IMG/VR virus record: IMGVR_UViG_3300030116_004360
Span: 1-64,000 of that record
Origin: a virus
DNA: 64,000 nt
Reading direction: 5' to 3' (one strand)
Shown here piece after piece: positions 1 to 9,658 of this stretch. The position numbers and the translations under genes were made by a program. The number at the start of each line of letters is the position of its first letter. Positions within the stretch are counted from its first letter, which is position 1. Below the pieces are notes generated by a model. It was not told the origin of the DNA and searched no databases. It worked only from the letters and a program-made list of their open reading frames with translations.

Positions 1-118
1 TTAGAGCATTATTACGTCAAGCAGATTATAGAAAAGAAAGTGAAGTTTCAGATTTATTTCCATTGTTAGCAGATTTAAAGGCAGAAGTTCGTAGATTAGT
101 AAGAAGGAGATAATTAAT

Positions 119-607
119 ATGTCTGATGAAATAATCACCTTAAATGGTCAATCAGCAGTTGAATCTAGATTTGCTAAAGATTGGGGAGAGGGTGTTTATG
201 AAAGGAATGCACCGGATTTTTATACTACTGGAATGAAATTTTTTGCTAGAATATTAAATGGTAAAATATCTGGTGTTGTTGGTTGGATAGATAAAGGAAA
301 ATTTGCACTTGTTGGTGGCGTTTTTATTCATCCTGATTATAGAAAAGGCACACCAAATTATATTCAATATGGCTCTACTTATATTAAGTTAGCAAATAAA
401 AGAGCAGAAATACTTAGAGGAAAACCAAAAATTGCTGGATTTAAGCCTATAAATTTACCAACTAAAGAAAAACATTTTAAAGAAACTTCTCATGAAAATA
501 TTCCCGAAGAAGTAATAGAACAGTTCAAACAAAGATACGGTGATAAGTGGGGAATAGCCAAAACATTTTTTATTACAGAAGATTGGTTTGATATATTAAG
601 AACGTGA
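119..607 (+). CDS. GNAT-like acetyltransferase fold protein
   Basis: GKISGVVG...VGGVFIHPDYRK resembles the GNAT beta-strands and motif A (V.P.YR). C-terminus is WFDILRT. Confidence 0.5.
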   Translation: MSDEIITLNGQSAVESRFAKDWGEGVYERNAPDFYTTGMKFFARILNGKISGVVGWIDKGKFALVGGVFIHPDYRKGTPNYIQYGSTYIKLANKRAEILRGKPKIAGFKPINLPTKEKHFKETSHENIPEEVIEQFKQRYGDKWGIAKTFFITEDWFDILRT

Positions 608-612
608 TTTAA

Positions 613-747
613 ATGAATAAAAGCACTGTTGTATATAATAGTTCATATTGTGCTATTGATATAATAGGAATGGTTTCTATATTTACAATGACTTGTGTAT
701 TTTTATTATCTTGTTTATATTATGTTTTTGATAAAATATTTAGGTGA
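613..747 (+). CDS. Small predicted membrane protein (44 aa, not in ORF track)
   Basis: Read by hand: MNKSTVVYNSSYCAIDIIGMVSIFTMTCVFLLSCLYYVFDKIFR*. One hydrophobic segment; fills the gap before the terminase. Confidence 0.45.
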   Translation: MNKSTVVYNSSYCAIDIIGMVSIFTMTCVFLLSCLYYVFDKIFR

Positions 748-2186
748 ATAATATGGATTTATTAGATAGAGATTTTATGTCCGAAATGGACTTAGAGTTA
801 TCTAAGAATTCTTTCCCATATTTCTTTCAAAATGTATTAGGTAATATGTTTCCTAAATATATGGAAGAATGGTTAGAACTTATGGAAACAACAGATAGAA
901 CTGTTATTATTTGTAGTCGTGACCACGGAAAATCAGTTTTTATGCATTCATGGGCAGTATGGAATTTATGTTTCCAACCACCTCCATACCAAATGCTTTA
1001 CATATCTTCTAACCATAAGCAGACAATGGTGCATATGAGAGAGATAGATAGAATATTTAATAATCCAGCACTTAAACAATTTAAGCCTAGTAGAGGATGG
1101 GCTATTGGTAATATTCAATTAACTAACGGTAATTCAATTATTGAGCGTTCAGTTGGTTCACAGATTCGTGGACTTCACCCTCAAGAAATTATTATTGACG
1201 ACCCACTAAAAGAATTTAGTTTAGTAGGTATTCAAAAGGTAACTGATTGGTTCTTTGGAGATATGATACCAACACTTCACCATACTGCATCATTAAGAAT
1301 GATTGGAACTCCATTTACTTATACAGATATATTTACTCAATTAGAAGAAAATGAAGTATATACATTAAGAAAATACCCATGTTACAATCAATTAGGAGAA
1401 CCTCTTTGGCCGGATAGATGGAATAAAGAAGCATTAGAACATCGTAAAATGGAAATAGGTTCTTTGAAGTTTACTAGAGAATATTTATGTGTTCCTATAT
1501 CAACAGGAACTAGTTTGTTTGCACCTGAACATTTAGAGGCTGCTAAATCACATGATGATATATTGAGAATTTCTCAACGTAAAGAACAAGGCTACAAATA
1601 TTATGTTGGAGTAGACCCGGCTATTTCCACTGATGGTGACTATAATGTAATTATGGTCTTAGAAGTGGATGAAAATAAAAACAAAAGGATTTGCTTCGTG
1701 GACCGTTCAAAGAACGTAGAGTTCCGAGAAAACATAAATAAGATTAAACTGCTAGGAAAAATGTTTGACCCTGAAGTAGTTTTATTTGAGACAAATACTT
1801 TCGCTAAATCATTTACTCAGGAGTTACGCACAATGACGGATTTAAATGTAAAAGATTTTACAACGACTAGAAAGAAGAAAGAAGAGATTATATTGAACCT
1901 TCAAATGAATTTAGAGAACAATAAAATTAAGTTACCCTATGGAAATAATGAAAGTCAAAAGGTAAGTAAAGCCATTATTGATGAAATGTCTATGTTCTCA
2001 ATTACAGACAGGGGAAGGTTTGAAGGTGTGGGCGCACATGACGATTTAGTTATGGCGTTAGCATTGGCTAATTCGGCTACTCATTTAATGGGTGAAACTT
2101 TTGTATTAATAGAAGATATGGATATATTCGGTGATAAGCAACCAGATACTTTTAACATTAATCCGGGAATAACAGGTTTGTGGTAA
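744..2186 (+). CDS. terL: Terminase large subunit (likely start ATG 753)
   Basis: Walker A SRDHGKS, Walker B IIIDD, motif III GTP, RNase H-like nuclease VGVDPA...HDDLVMALALA. Confidence 0.95.
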   Translation: MNNMDLLDRDFMSEMDLELSKNSFPYFFQNVLGNMFPKYMEEWLELMETTDRTVIICSRDHGKSVFMHSWAVWNLCFQPPPYQMLYISSNHKQTMVHMREIDRIFNNPALKQFKPSRGWAIGNIQLTNGNSIIERSVGSQIRGLHPQEIIIDDPLKEFSLVGIQKVTDWFFGDMIPTLHHTASLRMIGTPFTYTDIFTQLEENEVYTLRKYPCYNQLGEPLWPDRWNKEALEHRKMEIGSLKFTREYLCVPISTGTSLFAPEHLEAAKSHDDILRISQRKEQGYKYYVGVDPAISTDGDYNVIMVLEVDENKNKRICFVDRSKNVEFRENINKIKLLGKMFDPEVVLFETNTFAKSFTQELRTMTDLNVKDFTTTRKKKEEIILNLQMNLENNKIKLPYGNNESQKVSKAIIDEMSMFSITDRGRFEGVGAHDDLVMALALANSATHLMGETFVLIEDMDIFGDKQPDTFNINPGITGLW

Positions 2187-2187
2187 T

Positions 2188-3669
2188 ATGAGTGAAAAGG
2201 GAGATAAACTTCGTGAAATGGCTGTTTTAGCAGACCAAGAAGATGAACTTCAAGAGGAACAAGACCGCATTAAAGAAGATATAGAGTTAAGTAAGTGGTT
2301 ACTTACTCAACCCGTTTTATCAGAAGAAGATATTGCTAAGAACTTATCAAAAGATTTTAAAATTAACTTAAGTGATGCTAAAAAACATTTAGAATTGTTT
2401 CCATCAGAATATTTGGTTCAAGATAAAAATATACCTACTTTAATAAAAGAGTTAAAACAATATAGAAGAACCCTAAAAGGTGAAGAAAAAATCAGATTAA
2501 CTAAATCTATTGAAACAATTATTGATGGATATTCTGAACATTTAGATAACTGTATTAAATCTATTTACTGGATTACACCATATAAAGAAGTTTTGAAGAA
2601 ACTAAGATTTAATGAACAAGATTTATTAAAAATTAATTCAATTAAAACCTTAGATGAAAGAAGAAATTTAGTAGATATTTTGTGTAAAATATGGGAAAAT
2701 GATTTAGATATGAAAGATATAAAATATACTCAAGAGTATGCAAAATTATTCAAACAATCTAAAACATATAAAAAAGAATTTACTACATTATTAAAAAATA
2801 TATCTCATCAATCAATTAGAAAATCAAATAAAGAATTAATAAAAGATAATATTATTGCGAAAGTAATTGAAACTCCGGGTATTTCAGCAAGACAGATTCA
2901 TGATAATATGCCCGGTTATTTGTATAGGCGTTCCTCATCAAATATGATTTCAAAGATGGCTAATGAGTTAGGTATAACTAATATTGACGGTAACTATTAT
3001 AAATTGCCTAAAGAATTTAAGAAAGACCTTTATGCTTATACTGCTGCTTTTATTGATTCAGATGGTTATATTACAATGGATAAGAATTTTAATCCTAGAG
3101 TTGGGTTAGTAGCAACAGGTGATAGAGGTAAAGCCTTTATGATTGAAATACAAAAAGCATTAGGTATAGGTAAATTACACCTTGACCAAAAATCTCCACA
3201 AAATACTCGCCCTGTAAATAGATTAAACTTTTATTCTCAACATGATGTTAGAGAATTATTAACAAAATGTTTACCACATTTTAGAATGAAAAAGTCAAAT
3301 GCAGAATTATTATTAGAATTAATCCGAATGAAAAAGGGTTATAAGAAAGAATCTTGGTATAAAAATAGAGTAGAAGAAATATATAAATTAATGAAATGGG
3401 AGAACCATAAAGACCATGTAAATTATAACTTTGCACAGTATGGTATTGACCCTACAACAGTAGCAAAACTACATGAAAATAATAAGATGAGTATGATGGA
3501 TGAAATTGAAGGTATTTCTACACCTATTTTAAAAGATGATGTTAATGATGCTATTGATGATTTAGAAGAAATTGCTGATAAGTATGATTTAAGTGAAGAT
3601 GAATGGTCAAGTGTTGATGATGCTTCTGATTATATATTTGAGCATTATGTGTTAGATGAGGAGGAATGA
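2188..3669 (+). CDS. LAGLIDADG endonuclease-domain protein with long N-terminal extension
   Basis: YTAAFIDSDGYI motif followed by typical strands and LPHFRMKK. N-terminal ~280 aa are helical with a wHTH-like segment; acidic tail. Confidence 0.75.
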   Translation: MSEKGDKLREMAVLADQEDELQEEQDRIKEDIELSKWLLTQPVLSEEDIAKNLSKDFKINLSDAKKHLELFPSEYLVQDKNIPTLIKELKQYRRTLKGEEKIRLTKSIETIIDGYSEHLDNCIKSIYWITPYKEVLKKLRFNEQDLLKINSIKTLDERRNLVDILCKIWENDLDMKDIKYTQEYAKLFKQSKTYKKEFTTLLKNISHQSIRKSNKELIKDNIIAKVIETPGISARQIHDNMPGYLYRRSSSNMISKMANELGITNIDGNYYKLPKEFKKDLYAYTAAFIDSDGYITMDKNFNPRVGLVATGDRGKAFMIEIQKALGIGKLHLDQKSPQNTRPVNRLNFYSQHDVRELLTKCLPHFRMKKSNAELLLELIRMKKGYKKESWYKNRVEEIYKLMKWENHKDHVNYNFAQYGIDPTTVAKLHENNKMSMMDEIEGISTPILKDDVNDAIDDLEEIADKYDLSEDEWSSVDDASDYIFEHYVLDEEE

Positions 3670-3890
3670 ATATGGAAAAATGGCAAGAAGTATTAAAGAA
3701 AAAGAAAAAGAAAAAGAGAAAATCAACTGTTAATCAAGCAGGTAATTACACTAAACCATCAATGCGTAGAAGATTATTTAATGCTATAAAAAGAGGAACA
3801 AAAGGTGGTCCGGCTGGAAAATGGTCTGCAAGAAAAGCACAAATGTTGGCTCAAAAGTATAAAAAGAAGGGTGGCGGTTATCGTGACTAA
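3666..3890 (+). CDS. Small basic protein, N-terminal half of a DUF5872-like domain
   Basis: YTKPSMR...KGGPAGKWSARKAQMLAQKYKKKGGGY. N-terminal WQEVLK tag. Confidence 0.65.
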   Translation: MNMEKWQEVLKKKKKKKRKSTVNQAGNYTKPSMRRRLFNAIKRGTKGGPAGKWSARKAQMLAQKYKKKGGGYRD

Positions 3891-4155
3891 ATGGCAAAAA
3901 GTTCTAAAGGCTAAAACTAAGCGACAACAAGATTTAACTCAATGGACTCAAGAAGAATGGGGAAGTCAAGAACAACATAGAGCCAAAGCAAAAGGAAAAA
4001 AAGCCCCATCTAAAACAAAAGGAAGATATATGCCAAAAGCAACTTATCAGAAAACACCTAAGAAAACTTTAGATTATCAAGATTCAAAGAAAAGAAAGGG
4101 TCGTAAAAAAGGTATTCAACACGTAAAAACAGGAAAGAAATTTAGTCAAAAGTGA
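3883..4155 (+). CDS. Small basic protein, C-terminal half of a DUF5872-like domain (start re-called to GTG 3883)
   Basis: In frame with the 3805 ORF. LTQWTQEEWG...GRYMPKA. Begins MTKWQKVLKA like its neighbours. Confidence 0.6.
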   Translation: MTKWQKVLKAKTKRQQDLTQWTQEEWGSQEQHRAKAKGKKAPSKTKGRYMPKATYQKTPKKTLDYQDSKKRKGRKKGIQHVKTGKKFSQK

Positions 4156-4499
4156 TTATAATGTGGAAAAGTATTCTTAAAAAAGAACCTAAAAAAGGGA
4201 CAGGTAAAAAACCAAAAGGTTCTTCTAGAAGATTATATACAGATGAAAACCCAAAAGATACTGTTCCTGTTAAATTTAAAACGGCTCAAGACGTAATAGA
4301 TACATTCACAAGTTCAGCGTTTAAATCTAAATCACATCTAAGACAATCACAAATAATAAATGTAGTTGAACAAAGATTACGAGTAGCAGTTAAAAATGCA
4401 AAAGACCCTGAAACTAAAAAGAGATTAAATAAAGCACATAAAGTAGCATTAACCTATAAAGAAAGAAGTAAAAGAAAAACACAGAGGATGAAAAAATGA
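4152..4499 (+). CDS. Small basic virion-associated protein (likely start 4161)
   Basis: MWKSILKK tag. The LYTDENPKDT motif resembles uncharacterised viral proteins. Confidence 0.6.
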   Translation: MIIMWKSILKKEPKKGTGKKPKGSSRRLYTDENPKDTVPVKFKTAQDVIDTFTSSAFKSKSHLRQSQIINVVEQRLRVAVKNAKDPETKKRLNKAHKVALTYKERSKRKTQRMKK

Positions 4500-4864
4500 G
4501 TTGGAAAGAAGTATTAAAAGCCCATTGTGGGACAGAAAGAATGGACACAGAAGATGATGATGAAGAGTTTGGAAAAACCCTTGTTGGTAATCAAAAACGT
4601 CTTGATAAAGATAAAGATGGTAAAATAACTGGAAAGGATTTTAAGATGCTTAGAGATGAAAAAAAAGCAGTAAAGAGTGATTCTGATATAGAAAAAGAAA
4701 TTCTTGCTGAAATTAAAAAAGAAGGGGGAGCATTAGGTATGAAGAATTTAAAACAAATATGTCCTCCTAAAGATTTAAATAGAGTTCTAGATGCTATGAA
4801 AAGAAAGAAAGTAATTTTCATGCACAGTGATGGAGACATTTATACTCATAAACCAAAGAGGTAA
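4496..4864 (+). CDS. Putative head-core protein with EF-hand-like loop
   Basis: MSWKEVLKA tag; LDKDKDGKITGKDF loop; C-terminal wHTH-like segment. Confidence 0.55.
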   Translation: MSWKEVLKAHCGTERMDTEDDDEEFGKTLVGNQKRLDKDKDGKITGKDFKMLRDEKKAVKSDSDIEKEILAEIKKEGGALGMKNLKQICPPKDLNRVLDAMKRKKVIFMHSDGDIYTHKPKR

Positions 4865-5255
4865 TTATATGAATTGGGAAATTATTCTTAAAGAAATGAG
4901 TTGTCCTAGAGCAACCCAAGATTTAAAACTTAACACTAAAAATAGAAATATGGCTATAAAAGAAGACCATATTAAATACGGCCCACTTAATTTAAATGAT
5001 GAAAAATATTGGGTTGATGCAGCAAAACATTGGAATACATCAGTTGAAGTTGCTAAACAATCTAATTGTAGTAATTGCGTTGCTTTTGATATTAGTCCAC
5101 GAATGATGGATTGTATGCCACTTGAAGGGGATTTAGGTTATTGTTGGATGCATCATTTTAAGTGCCATAAGGATAGAACGTGTTATACATGGGCAGCCGG
5201 TGGACCGATAGATACCGATAAAACTTCAAAACAAAACCAAGAAAAAGGTGAATGA
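4827..5255 (+). CDS. Cys-rich viral protein (likely start 4869)
   Basis: MNWEIILKE tag; CPRAT, CSNC, GYCW..FKC...RTC..W. Confidence 0.6.
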   Translation: MMETFILINQRGNYMNWEIILKEMSCPRATQDLKLNTKNRNMAIKEDHIKYGPLNLNDEKYWVDAAKHWNTSVEVAKQSNCSNCVAFDISPRMMDCMPLEGDLGYCWMHHFKCHKDRTCYTWAAGGPIDTDKTSKQNQEKGE

Positions 5256-5598
5256 TATGGATGAAAAATGGTTTATGACTCTAAAGGCAAAAAAGCCTGA
5301 CCCTCGCTTAAAAAGAGCAGGTGTTTCTGGTTTCAATAGACCAAAAAGAACACCTTCTCATAAAACAAAATCACATATTGTTGTAGCAAAGGATAAAGAT
5401 AAAGTTAAAACAATTAGATTTGGTCAACAAGGAGTTAAAACTAATCAAACTGCTGGACAACGTAAAGCCTTTAAATCTCGTCATCGTAAAAATATTAAAC
5501 GCGGTAAATTGAGTGCGGCATATTGGGCTGATAAAGTAAAATGGAGTCCAAAGAAAACTAAAGAAAAGAAAAATAAAAAGTGGAGAAAGGGGTCTTAA
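5248..5598 (+). CDS. Small basic viral protein
   Basis: EKWFMTLKAK tag; KTIRFGQQG...FKSRH...SAAYWA motif resembles a widespread viral DUF. Confidence 0.6.
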   Translation: MNDMDEKWFMTLKAKKPDPRLKRAGVSGFNRPKRTPSHKTKSHIVVAKDKDKVKTIRFGQQGVKTNQTAGQRKAFKSRHRKNIKRGKLSAAYWADKVKWSPKKTKEKKNKKWRKGS

Positions 5599-7235
5599 TT
5601 ATGGCAGAAAGAAGAAGATTTTCTATTCGTAGTTTATTACGAAGACAAACACCTGCGCCAGCAGACCGTAAAACATTCCAATTTGGAATCCAAGAGCGTG
5701 AACACGCTTATTTTATGACCGCGCCTGTAATTTATCATATGGCGCAACAATCAGTAATTGTTCGCACTTGCACTACACAATTAAAACAAGAAGTGTTTAG
5801 GCGTGGTTATTTATGGAAAGAGGCTTTTACTAAACAATGCGTAAGTTGTGGCAAAAAACATGAAAGAGCCGTTGAACAATGTGTTGAATGTGGTAGCACT
5901 AATTTAAGAAATCCTGACCCTAAACAATTACAATATGCTAAAAAATTCATGGAAGATTATGTTAATACATCTAATCAATTATTTATTGATGTGTTAAAAG
6001 AATTAGAAGATGATTTAAATATTATGGATGACGCATATCTTTGTTTAGTTAAAGAATATTTTATTGATGGTGATGGACAAATTAAACTACATAGGATTAA
6101 AGAACTATTTAGAAGTGACCCTGTAACTATGCATATTTACGCTGATGAGTTTGGTCAAAGAGGAACTAAAGGTTTTATATGTCCTATTCATAGAACACAA
6201 TTATATACAGAAGCACACGAAAGTTGTGAATTATGTAATGCAGAAACTAAACCTGTTCATTATGTTAATAGAGTTCATGGTGAAGACCAATATTATATTG
6301 AAGGAGAGGTAGTTCATTTTAGTAAATATGCTCCTAGTCGTTTATATGGTATGTCTCCAATTATTACTTTATGGAACCATGTAACTACATTACTTGCTAT
6401 GGAACAATATGTAAATCAATCATATTCAAAACGAAGGATGCCTAAAGGACTACTTGCAGTTCAAACTAGAAATATTGATTCAATGAAAACCTTTTGGAGA
6501 GCAGTTAAAGAAAGAATGGAGCAAGACCCTCATTTTATCCCTGTAATGGGAATAGAAGCAGATGGTGGAAAAGGTGGTGTTGAGTGGATTAAATTCATGG
6601 ATAGCCTAAAAGAAATGGAATATGTATCTGTTAAAGATGATTTAAGAGATAGAATTTCAGCGTTTTATGGAGTAAGTAAAATCTTTATGGCTGATAACAC
6701 TACTAGTGGTGGACTTAACAATGAAGGTATGCAAATACTTGTTACAAATAGAGCAGTAGAAATGGCGCAGAGTGTTTACAATAAATATGTATTTCCATTC
6801 ATTACAAGACAATTTGGTATTACAGATTGGGAATTAGCACTTCCTCCATCAGAAGAAGAAGATGAGATTGCTAGAATAAGAAAAAGAGAATTAGAAGTAA
6901 ATATTGCGGGTTCAATGAAAAATTTAGGTTTTGAAGTTGATATGGATGAAAAGGGTAGGTTTACTTATACTAAACCAAAGCCAAAGGAAGATACTCCTAA
7001 AGAAGGTGAAGAAGAAGAAAAACCCTTTGAAAAAGACCCATTAGCAGGAACAAATATAGATGCTTCACAAATGGGACAATTGCAGGAACAGGCTTTACAG
7101 GGTGGAAAAGATTCACCCCCGGCCAAAAGAAATAAAGCCTCGATGAGCGTAGGCCCACCAAATAGAAACGCTGGATTACCAAAAGAAGCAGCAAATAATA
7201 ATGTAGATAGAAGAACAGAAAGAAGAGTTGGTTAA
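5580..7235 (+). CDS. Portal protein with inserted Zn-ribbon motifs (likely start 5601)
   Basis: Size and position; LYGMSPI and ISAFYGVS portal-like motifs. Inserts CVSC..CVEC and CPIH..CELC. Confidence 0.88.
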   Translation: MEKGVLIMAERRRFSIRSLLRRQTPAPADRKTFQFGIQEREHAYFMTAPVIYHMAQQSVIVRTCTTQLKQEVFRRGYLWKEAFTKQCVSCGKKHERAVEQCVECGSTNLRNPDPKQLQYAKKFMEDYVNTSNQLFIDVLKELEDDLNIMDDAYLCLVKEYFIDGDGQIKLHRIKELFRSDPVTMHIYADEFGQRGTKGFICPIHRTQLYTEAHESCELCNAETKPVHYVNRVHGEDQYYIEGEVVHFSKYAPSRLYGMSPIITLWNHVTTLLAMEQYVNQSYSKRRMPKGLLAVQTRNIDSMKTFWRAVKERMEQDPHFIPVMGIEADGGKGGVEWIKFMDSLKEMEYVSVKDDLRDRISAFYGVSKIFMADNTTSGGLNNEGMQILVTNRAVEMAQSVYNKYVFPFITRQFGITDWELALPPSEEEDEIARIRKRELEVNIAGSMKNLGFEVDMDEKGRFTYTKPKPKEDTPKEGEEEEKPFEKDPLAGTNIDASQMGQLQEQALQGGKDSPPAKRNKASMSVGPPNRNAGLPKEAANNNVDRRTERRVG

Positions 7236-7449
7236 AATGAGTAAAGAAAGACAAAAGATAGAAAAAGATTATATTGACGTTAAAGCGCGTGAAGAATTTG
7301 AAATGAGAAGGGGAACTCTATCAAGAGATATGGCTCCTGTTGGTAATGAGCCTGTTTCTGAAAGAAAGGCTATTCCACACACAAATGATATTCCTGATGT
7401 TATTTTAAAACCTCCTAAGTCAATTAAGAGAACTGAAAATAAATGGTGA
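7228..7449 (+). CDS. Hypothetical protein
   Basis: Coupled ORF in the head operon. Confidence 0.55.
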   Translation: MVKMSKERQKIEKDYIDVKAREEFEMRRGTLSRDMAPVGNEPVSERKAIPHTNDIPDVILKPPKSIKRTENKW

Positions 7450-9056
7450 TTAATATGTCTCTACTCAAGGCTTATCTTTTCAATACGGATGACCCTATTG
7501 TAATGCTTAAGTGTTGGTTAGAAGAATTAGAATTAATTAAGAAATCAAGGTCTAATGTATCTTATAGAACAGTTTTTGCACAATCACTTCAAGAAGAGAG
7601 TGATTCAGAAAAAATAGAATTAGTTCAGTTACTTAAAGATTTGATTGGGGAAAATGAAAAATTAAAAAGTTTCTTTAGTTCTAAAGCAAGGGCCGGACCT
7701 AAAAGAATAAGGAGAGCAAAAGGAGTAGGAGGCAAACCTACTTATGTAGATACAAAAAGTCCTTATGGAACTGCATATGAAGAAAATTTATTTGATATAA
7801 AAAGAGCATTAAATCGCTTTAAAAATGTAAATAAAGATGATGAAAACGTAATCGGCACTGTAAATAGAATTATTTCTGCGTTAGATAAGAAAATTAAAAG
7901 AGTTCAAGTATTAACACCTGCAACTCAAGGAAAGAAACAAAAGGAAATCCTTGATGAAATTGAATTTGAAATGAAACAACTTCAAACAAGAGCAAAAACT
8001 GTTGATAGAGCAAAAAAAACATTAAAGGATTATAATAAATATAAAGGATTATATAAGTTATTAGATAAAATATATTCTGATAGAAACTATATTCAAACTG
8101 GTCAAGTAATAGATAATGCATTTACATTTAATAGAAGTATGATTGAAAATTTAGATAAACTTTTTGATTATGGCCCAACAATTATAGCAAGTTTAGATGA
8201 TATAAAAGATAAAAGATTTATTGAAAAAAGATTTGATGGCTCTGGTATTCCTTTGAATGGTAAAAAACTACAAGATGATTTTATTGAATTATTAAGTGGT
8301 AAAATAACTATGCCTGTTACAGAAGGAGGAGTAACAAGAAAAAAAGATATGGATGAGGCTCTTCAATTTTTATACAAAATGTTTACAGGTAAAACACCAT
8401 TTAAATCTAGAAAACAAATGATTTCATTTAAAGAAGGTTTAAAAGAAGGAAAAAGTAAATCAAGAAAATCTAAAGTAGCAATAGCACTACGCGCTAAACA
8501 ACAAAAGCAAAGAAGTGGGTTTGATATATTAAATTCTGATAATTTTAATAAACAAGTAGGACAAGCAAAAGCACGACTGGCAACATATGTTGCTTTAGGT
8601 AAAGATGAAATCGTAGATTCAGTATATATGCAAGCCGGAAGATATTTGAAAAACACTCAAGATGGTAAAATAACTGATAAAAGAATTAAAGAATATATAC
8701 AGAAAAGAAAGAAAGGAGATAATCCACTTAAACCAAAATTTGTTGCTAAACTTACAGGTGAAGATGGAGAAATTGCTAAATTAGAAGATTTCATATATTC
8801 TTTCTATTTCGCTTTTGATGAAGTATTTGTTGATAAAAAACTTTCTAGAGAAGAGTTTAAAAAACAATTATATGAGGGTTCTGATGGCAAATTAAAAAGA
8901 AAATACCCAACAAGATATTCTGGTATTAATGATATGTTACCTAAGAAAGAAGAAAAAGAAGATGGTTCTGAAAAACTATTAGAAGAATTATTGACCGAAG
9001 GAACAATAATACTTAATTCACCAAAAGGAAAGTTAGAATTAAAAAGGAAGGAATAG
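7443..9056 (+). CDS. Large basic helical protein, possible internal head protein
   Basis: 537-aa Lys-rich ORF between portal and protease; no recognisable motif. Confidence 0.6.
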   Translation: MVINMSLLKAYLFNTDDPIVMLKCWLEELELIKKSRSNVSYRTVFAQSLQEESDSEKIELVQLLKDLIGENEKLKSFFSSKARAGPKRIRRAKGVGGKPTYVDTKSPYGTAYEENLFDIKRALNRFKNVNKDDENVIGTVNRIISALDKKIKRVQVLTPATQGKKQKEILDEIEFEMKQLQTRAKTVDRAKKTLKDYNKYKGLYKLLDKIYSDRNYIQTGQVIDNAFTFNRSMIENLDKLFDYGPTIIASLDDIKDKRFIEKRFDGSGIPLNGKKLQDDFIELLSGKITMPVTEGGVTRKKDMDEALQFLYKMFTGKTPFKSRKQMISFKEGLKEGKSKSRKSKVAIALRAKQQKQRSGFDILNSDNFNKQVGQAKARLATYVALGKDEIVDSVYMQAGRYLKNTQDGKITDKRIKEYIQKRKKGDNPLKPKFVAKLTGEDGEIAKLEDFIYSFYFAFDEVFVDKKLSREEFKKQLYEGSDGKLKRKYPTRYSGINDMLPKKEEKEDGSEKLLEELLTEGTIILNSPKGKLELKRKE

Positions 9057-9057
9057 T

Positions 9058-9420
9058 ATGGAATGGGAAAATACTTTAAAAAGAAAACCTCCGCAGGTTA
9101 TTGCTAAAGAAAAGAGTGCTATATTAGATTCTTTATCAGCAAAACAAAAAAAGCGTCTAAAGAAAACATTACAGGCAGCAGAACCCTCAGAATACTTTGG
9201 TCAAGATTTTACTAAATTAGGTGAACTTATTGATATGATGAAAGCCTTAGAGTTTATTAAATCTGATAATAAGTTAGATAAAAGAGTAAAGACATTAGAG
9301 GATTCAAATATTGATATTGTTGCTACTGCTACTAAATTAAGAAAAGAATATGAAACTACATATCGTGCTTTAAGAGGTATGATTTATCCACAAAAGAAGG
9401 GGGATTTAAGAAATGAGTGA
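9058..9420 (+). CDS. Hypothetical head-region protein
   Basis: MEWENTLKR tag; coiled-coil. Confidence 0.6.
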   Translation: MEWENTLKRKPPQVIAKEKSAILDSLSAKQKKRLKKTLQAAEPSEYFGQDFTKLGELIDMMKALEFIKSDNKLDKRVKTLEDSNIDIVATATKLRKEYETTYRALRGMIYPQKKGDLRNE

Positions 9421-9658
9421 AGAAAAGAATGAAATGTTAGAACTATTGAAAGCATTAGTTGAAAAAGTAAATGAATTAGAAAAGGCTGTTTATAATAAAG
9501 ATAATTTATTGATGAAATCTGGTTGGGTTGAAACAGGAACACCAAGACCTAAATTAGGTAGTGCAAACGCTGATGTTGATAATATTGCCAAAATGGATTG
9601 GTCAGATATTACTGAAATGGTCGGTAGATTAGAGAATCAAGAGCGTGGCGGATATTAA
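9413..9658 (+). CDS. Mini-scaffold-like protein
   Basis: N-terminal coiled coil. C-terminal MDWSDITEMV matches the protease/scaffold C-terminus MDWADIHNLV. Confidence 0.55.
   Translation: MSEEKNEMLELLKALVEKVNELEKAVYNKDNLLMKSGWVETGTPRPKLGSANADVDNIAKMDWSDITEMVGRLENQERGGY

Noticed and set aside
2188-3669. LAGLIDADG as an intein or intron of terminase
   Set aside because: TerL is complete with its own stop before this ORF, and no splicing motifs are present.
3805-3882. Upstream start of the 3805 ORF
   Set aside because: It overlaps the previous gene by about 85 nt; GTG 3883 gives the family-typical tagged N-terminus.
9413-9658. ORFs ending near GG (ERGGY, GGGYRD) as the ubiquitin-like substrate of E1/JAB
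   Set aside because: They are helical or basic sequences with no beta-grasp pattern and lie far from the E1/JAB genes.
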